Made by a program: the position numbers and the translations under genes
Notes under the pieces: generated by a model
The model's input: only the letters and a program-made list of their open reading frames with translations
Database searches by the model: none
What the model was told of the DNA's origin: nothing
Part shown: positions 59,337 through 64,000 of the stretch, one piece after another
How the letters are laid out: each line of letters starts with the position of its first letter
Position numbering within the stretch: the first letter of the stretch is position 1
Assembly: GCA_010093745.1 (NCBI GenBank)
Contig: MU005982.1
Location: 124,001-188,000 of the forward strand
DNA: 64,000 nt
Origin: Piedraia hortae CBS 480.64
Taxonomy: Eukaryota
Direction of reading: 5' to 3'

Positions 59337-61934
59337 ATGCCCCTCCCCTTCAGCGCACTCAGCGCGCTCCTCACGCGCCTCGAAGAGACGCCAGCCGAGA
59401 AATCCAACCAAGTCATTAGCAAGTGGTTCTCAACCCACCGCCAGGAAATCGACTCTCTCAGTGTCTCCAGCGCGGTAGCTTTGCTATCATCCCTTCTCCC
59501 AGAACGACGAAGCGACCGAGTCTACGCGATCCAATCCGCGACGCTCTGTCGGATCCTAGGCCGCGGGCTGAGCCTCTGCACAGCGCAACTAAAGGACCTA
59601 CAAGCTTATAGACTGCCCGGGAGGGGCGACATTGGCGCATGTCTGGAGCGGGTGCTTAGAGCCGGAGGGCCGCCGGCTCTTCCTGTAGTAACCGTCGACG
59701 AAGTCGATCAGGTGCTGAATAAACTCGCAGCGCAGTGTCGCTTTAGTGGGGATAAAGTCCGTCAGGGTGTCGCCATTGGGAAGTCTCATGGCGCTCCCCA
59801 GCGTCTCTCTCTGGAGGAGAAAGACAGAATGATTGGGAACGTATTCAAACGGCTCAGCCCAGGTTGCGCCAAATGGCTTACGCGGCTGATCCTCAAAGAC
59901 CTCTCCTCCGCTGTTATTGACGACAACTTCGTCCTCATAGAATTTCACTTCCTCCTGCCTGATATTCTTCGCTTCCAAAACGACTTCAGCGTCGCGGTAT
60001 CCCTTCTCAAATCCGCCAAGTTACGCGCATATCCCTCCCACGCCGACGCCCAATCACGCGCTCTACATCATCAAACAGCTGCGATGATGCTGGAGCCACG
60101 CGTAGGGTGTAAGGTCGGGCTACCAACGTTTGTCAAAGCGAGGGGAATGGATAGCTGCCTCAAAATCGTAGGCGAGCGGAGTTGGGTGTTGGAGAGAAAG
60201 TATGATGGAGAGTATTGCGAGGTGCATGTCGACCTCTCTGCGTCGGCTTCGCTAGAAGGGTGTATTACCATCTTCTCCAAGAGTGGCAAGGAATCTACTC
60301 AAGATCGTCGCGGCTTGCTACCCTCGCTGATTGCGAGCCTGCGTCTGGGGCAGGAGTGGTGCAAGATTCGCGATCGCGCGATTATGTTGGGGGAGATATT
60401 TGTGTGGTCTACGTTAGGGGGGGTACTAGGGGAGGGTGGGATCATGCCGTTTGATAAGATCAGGAAACATGTTTCGAGGTCGGGGACGATTGTTGGTACT
60501 GAGATGGACTCACCGGTGCATGAGCATGAGCAGTTGGCTATAGTGTTCTTTGATTTATTGCTTCTAGACGATGAGGTTGTGATGGCGAGATCGGTGGAGG
60601 AGAGGCGGGCGATGTTGAGGAAGGTTTATGCGAAGATTCATGGGAGAGTGATGGGTGCAGAGTGGAAAATCGTTGATTTCGCTGCCCCCACGGCGAGAAG
60701 TACGTTGGAAAGGCACTTTGCGGCATCGATCGCACAGCGGTGTGAGGGTTTAGTCTTGAAGCCGTGCGGAGAGCCATACTTTCCGCTTGTTGGCGAGACG
60801 GCGAGGCCTTTTATCAAGGTCAAGAAGGACTACATTGACGGCCTTGGGGATGAGGCTGACTTTGCTGTTATTGGCGGGAGCTACAACCCCCAGCTGGTGC
60901 GGAAAGAGTATGGAAAAGTCCACTGGACGGACTTCCACCTTGGCTGTCTTCTGAACCCAGATGAAGTGCGACGGTTCCAGAAGAGGCCGTCATATAGGCT
61001 AGTTGGCACTCTGTCCGCCGGTCCATGTGTGCCAAAAGCAATTGTCAAGTCGTTAAATGCCCTCGGCCAAGGGGCTGTGGATAACCAGCCCCCCTACGTC
61101 TTTGACATCGAAGGGAGTAAAACTCTCGGCACAAGGTTCAAGAAACCATTCGTTCTAGAAGTCCTTGGCTCAGGCTTCGTGAACCCACCAAACAGTGGAG
61201 GAAGCTATATGCTACGACATCCACGCGCGAGAAGATTACACCACGATCGCCACTGGACAACATGTGTCTCCTTTCAGGAACTACAAACCCAAGCCCAAGT
61301 TGCCCTTGACCGCAAAGATGACGATGCGGATGAGGCAAAAGCATGGTTGAGACGACTCAAGGGAAAGTTCACCCGCCTGCAGGAAAGAGAGTCGCAGCGA
61401 AAGAGGGTACTCTCGCAAGAGACGCCGCCAAAGTCGGACAAGAGGGTTTGTGTCGAGGAAGAGGCAAGGCGAGTAGATATATTTAACAAGAACACTGCCT
61501 CGGCGGTAGTAAAAAGCAGCATCCTGCCATCGTTTACTTCACCAACTACATGCTCAAGAACGTGTCTCTTCGCCGATGCAACGGTGTTTTTAGCACCGTG
61601 TATCGCCACAACACCGTATATTCTTGATGATCTTCTTGGTGCGCACGAGTATAGATTGGCGGTTCACACGCACCCAGAGCTGCTGTTTGAGGAGCAGGGA
61701 AGAAAGGTCATACTGGTTGAGAGTAAGAGGAGGCAGGTTGTTGAGAGGTTGTTGGATAGCTGTGGAAGGATGATGAGGAGCAGGGATGTGGATGAGGGGA
61801 TTGGGGGAGGGGATTGGAGGGTTCTCGAATTGAGCCATTGTGTGCTTTTTGATGAGGGGGGAAAGGACAAGGGGAACTACTTTGTGAACTGGCTCGGGCG
61901 TGATGATTTAATGATGGATGAAACCTGTTTATGA
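59337..61934 (+). CDS. ATP-dependent DNA ligase (ligase IV-related fungal family)
   Basis: ERKYDGEY adenylation motif, FFDLL, EGLVLK, FIKVKKDY, YMLRHPR; N-terminal ligase DNA-binding domain. Confidence 0.88.
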   Translation: MPLPFSALSALLTRLEETPAEKSNQVISKWFSTHRQEIDSLSVSSAVALLSSLLPERRSDRVYAIQSATLCRILGRGLSLCTAQLKDLQAYRLPGRGDIGACLERVLRAGGPPALPVVTVDEVDQVLNKLAAQCRFSGDKVRQGVAIGKSHGAPQRLSLEEKDRMIGNVFKRLSPGCAKWLTRLILKDLSSAVIDDNFVLIEFHFLLPDILRFQNDFSVAVSLLKSAKLRAYPSHADAQSRALHHQTAAMMLEPRVGCKVGLPTFVKARGMDSCLKIVGERSWVLERKYDGEYCEVHVDLSASASLEGCITIFSKSGKESTQDRRGLLPSLIASLRLGQEWCKIRDRAIMLGEIFVWSTLGGVLGEGGIMPFDKIRKHVSRSGTIVGTEMDSPVHEHEQLAIVFFDLLLLDDEVVMARSVEERRAMLRKVYAKIHGRVMGAEWKIVDFAAPTARSTLERHFAASIAQRCEGLVLKPCGEPYFPLVGETARPFIKVKKDYIDGLGDEADFAVIGGSYNPQLVRKEYGKVHWTDFHLGCLLNPDEVRRFQKRPSYRLVGTLSAGPCVPKAIVKSLNALGQGAVDNQPPYVFDIEGSKTLGTRFKKPFVLEVLGSGFVNPPNSGGSYMLRHPRARRLHHDRHWTTCVSFQELQTQAQVALDRKDDDADEAKAWLRRLKGKFTRLQERESQRKRVLSQETPPKSDKRVCVEEEARRVDIFNKNTASAVVKSSILPSFTSPTTCSRTCLFADATVFLAPCIATTPYILDDLLGAHEYRLAVHTHPELLFEEQGRKVILVESKRRQVVERLLDSCGRMMRSRDVDEGIGGGDWRVLELSHCVLFDEGGKDKGNYFVNWLGRDDLMMDETCL

Positions 61935-62318
61935 TATGCTGTGAGAGTAGTAGATTGCAGACTTTGGTAATGTCCATAGACGGCTTTGATCCATGTAGGT
62001 ACACGACTGAGTCACCATGGCCTGCAAACTGTGCAAAACGAGAGTTCACCGGCATTGGGCTGGCCTGGGCAAAGTTTAACGATGCAAAAGCAACCCTGAG
62101 CCGTAAGCAGTCAATCCTGGCAAAAACCAGCCCTAACAACCACGCAACCCAAGTGGAGCGTCATCCATGGCTGATAGCCACGCCCCTGGACTGCAGGCGG
62201 GATCTCCCCGTCGTGCCTGTGATACAGCGTCGATGGGATTATGCGGCTGCAGGGAATCAAACCCTCTTTCTTGGATGCAGGCACTTGATTCGCCTATTGA
62301 TTTACTTTGTTCAATCCA

Positions 62319-64000
62319 TTACGACTGCCGCTTTAAACGCTCATTCAGCCGCCGCTTCCCTCGTCGCGTCTCGAAATGTGAGGGAATGGTGCTTGGCTCT
62401 TGTTCCTGTGACAACATGACCTCACGCAACTTGTTCCTGTATGCGTCCACTTCCGAGAACGTCAGCCGCGGCCGCAAGCCAAGGGGTGGGAAGAAAACCT
62501 ACGGGATCGCTGCAAGAACAGTGTCCGGCCGTTGAAAATCCGTACCTGACCCCAGGATATGCGATAGCCCATCTCGTTTAACGCCATCTCCTCCTGCCTT
62601 CGCCGCTTTGTCATGCGCGGAACCGACACCGCGGTCTGACCCCCGACGGGTAGCATTACCGACACTGTGGTTTGACGCCGAACACAGGGTTTACTTTCAT
62701 CGTCCGCATTCCCAGCTCCAGGGTTGGAAGCCACCTCATCATCGTCATTATCCCAACACTTGGGTCTCCCTGGCGAGTCGGAAGGCGATCGCATCTGGCG
62801 CGGGTAAAATGTGCGCGGGTACACTGAGTTCAGGCGCAGGTGCGAGTCCGGCATGTCGTCCATCTTGACGTTATCCAGCGTGGCCCGCACTCGCACTCGC
62901 ATGTTGCGTTGCAAGTCATCCACGATGATAAACTTGCGCCGCTTCGATGGCGTCAGGTCGCCGAAGAGGAGACGCGCCGTCGCTCGATCCTCCCCAGTCT
63001 CGGCTAGCTCATCGGGCTGGTGGCTCGGTGATTGAGCATCGTTGCCTCCTCTTACCGACGCCGACTCCATTAAGGGCCGCTGGGTGGCCTTTCGCCTTCG
63101 TAACGCCCAAAGATCTTCCCCACAACCCCGCACCCCGCATTCCCCGCAACACGTCTTTATCCCTGCACAGCCTCCCTGTTGACAGCCATCAGCAACCCGG
63201 CACTGGAATCACACCCCTGCTCAAGACATTGACCCTGCTCACTAACATCACGACTTAGATACTGGAACAGACACGACTTTTTAAGATACAGACGAAGCTG
63301 ATAATCTACGTAATAATGCACAGTAAATATACACCAGCCTATGACCGACTATGGGTCAAATACTGCGGCTGCTGGTTCGCGATTGGAGACCAGCCCGGGC
63401 CGATTGACGTTGGTGGAGCTTCGCTCCTCATGGCGGGACTGGGGACAGCCGCCACAGTATATGGCAAATTCTGTGTCTGAGCCATTGCAGCTTGTCTCTG
63501 ATTTAACTTCGCCTGGCGCCGCACTCTCCGGCTGCGCAATCGTGGATCCTGGTTACTGTTACGCCAACTGTCGACGGCCCGCTGAATAAGACCGCGTTTG
63601 TCGCGTAAGTTAGGATTCAGCTTCGCCAGGGCCCAGCCAACCGAATTGCACTCCGTCTCATAGACGCGTCGGTTACCCTTGTAGTGGACCTTGTACGCGC
63701 GCGGGTACACGCAGTTGTTGGATTTGAACTCATGGCTGAGTTCGTCGACGTTGACAGACTCCACATCGCAGCGAATCGTGTACTCGTGCTTGACGCGATC
63801 GCGAGAGTATTCAAACGCGATCCATTGTACGCCATTGTCGTCCTGTCGCACAACAAGAGGAGTGGTTGCGGGGATAGGGCCCGGAGCCGGACCAGATCCA
63901 TGCGCGTTGGACATGGCGCGCTGCAACGGTTTAGCCTCAATGCTCCGGTTCCGGGGACGAGCTTGCCCATTGCCGTCCTGCTGGTGCTGTGATGTCGGCG
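62319..64000 (-). CDS. Conserved Pezizomycotina hypothetical protein with two related domains; probably one spliced gene, start may lie beyond the window
   Basis: WIAFEYSRDRVK..VYPRA..LIQRAVDSWRN (63339-63926) and KFIIVDD..RVRVRATLD..VYPR..FLQRS|LDAYRNK across intron 62502-62450; probable linking intron ~63350-63177. Confidence 0.75.

Noticed and set aside
1..64000. CRISPR array, rRNA, tRNA or prokaryotic defence system
   Set aside because: Sequence is eukaryotic; no repeat-spacer array or recognisable rRNA/tRNA found.

Overview
Eukaryotic (filamentous ascomycete, probably Dothideomycete-like) genomic DNA with short GT-AG introns. Conserved-gene blocks contain Doa10 E3 ligase (5' part, missed by the ORF track), a KDEL-ending Ser/Ala-rich membrane protein, an Mdl1-type mitochondrial ABC transporter, a Dip5-like permease, a secreted Gly/Ser-rich protein, a DDX60-like Ski2 helicase, a bHLH factor, a LIP-family lipase, an ATP-dependent DNA ligase and a conserved two-repeat hypothetical. 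These alternate with TE-littered blocks (about 6-24, 31.5-39.8 and 46.6-56.3 kb) holding solo LTRs of at least five families, a deleted copia element and a decayed DDE transposase. Three duplicated pairs sit inside the TE blocks. (1) Two copies of a ~0.87 kb non-coding minus-strand element that folds by eye like a telomerase RNA (U-loop pseudoknot plus CR4/5-like junction) but has no CCCUAA template; one copy has a solo LTR inserted in a candidate non-canonical template. (2) Two spliced, highly divergent, Lys-poor histone H2A variants. (3) Two four-exon orphan paralogs with MCB-rich promoters. The copia LTRs end in AGT...ACT rather than TG...CA. All alignments, folds and counts were done by eye.
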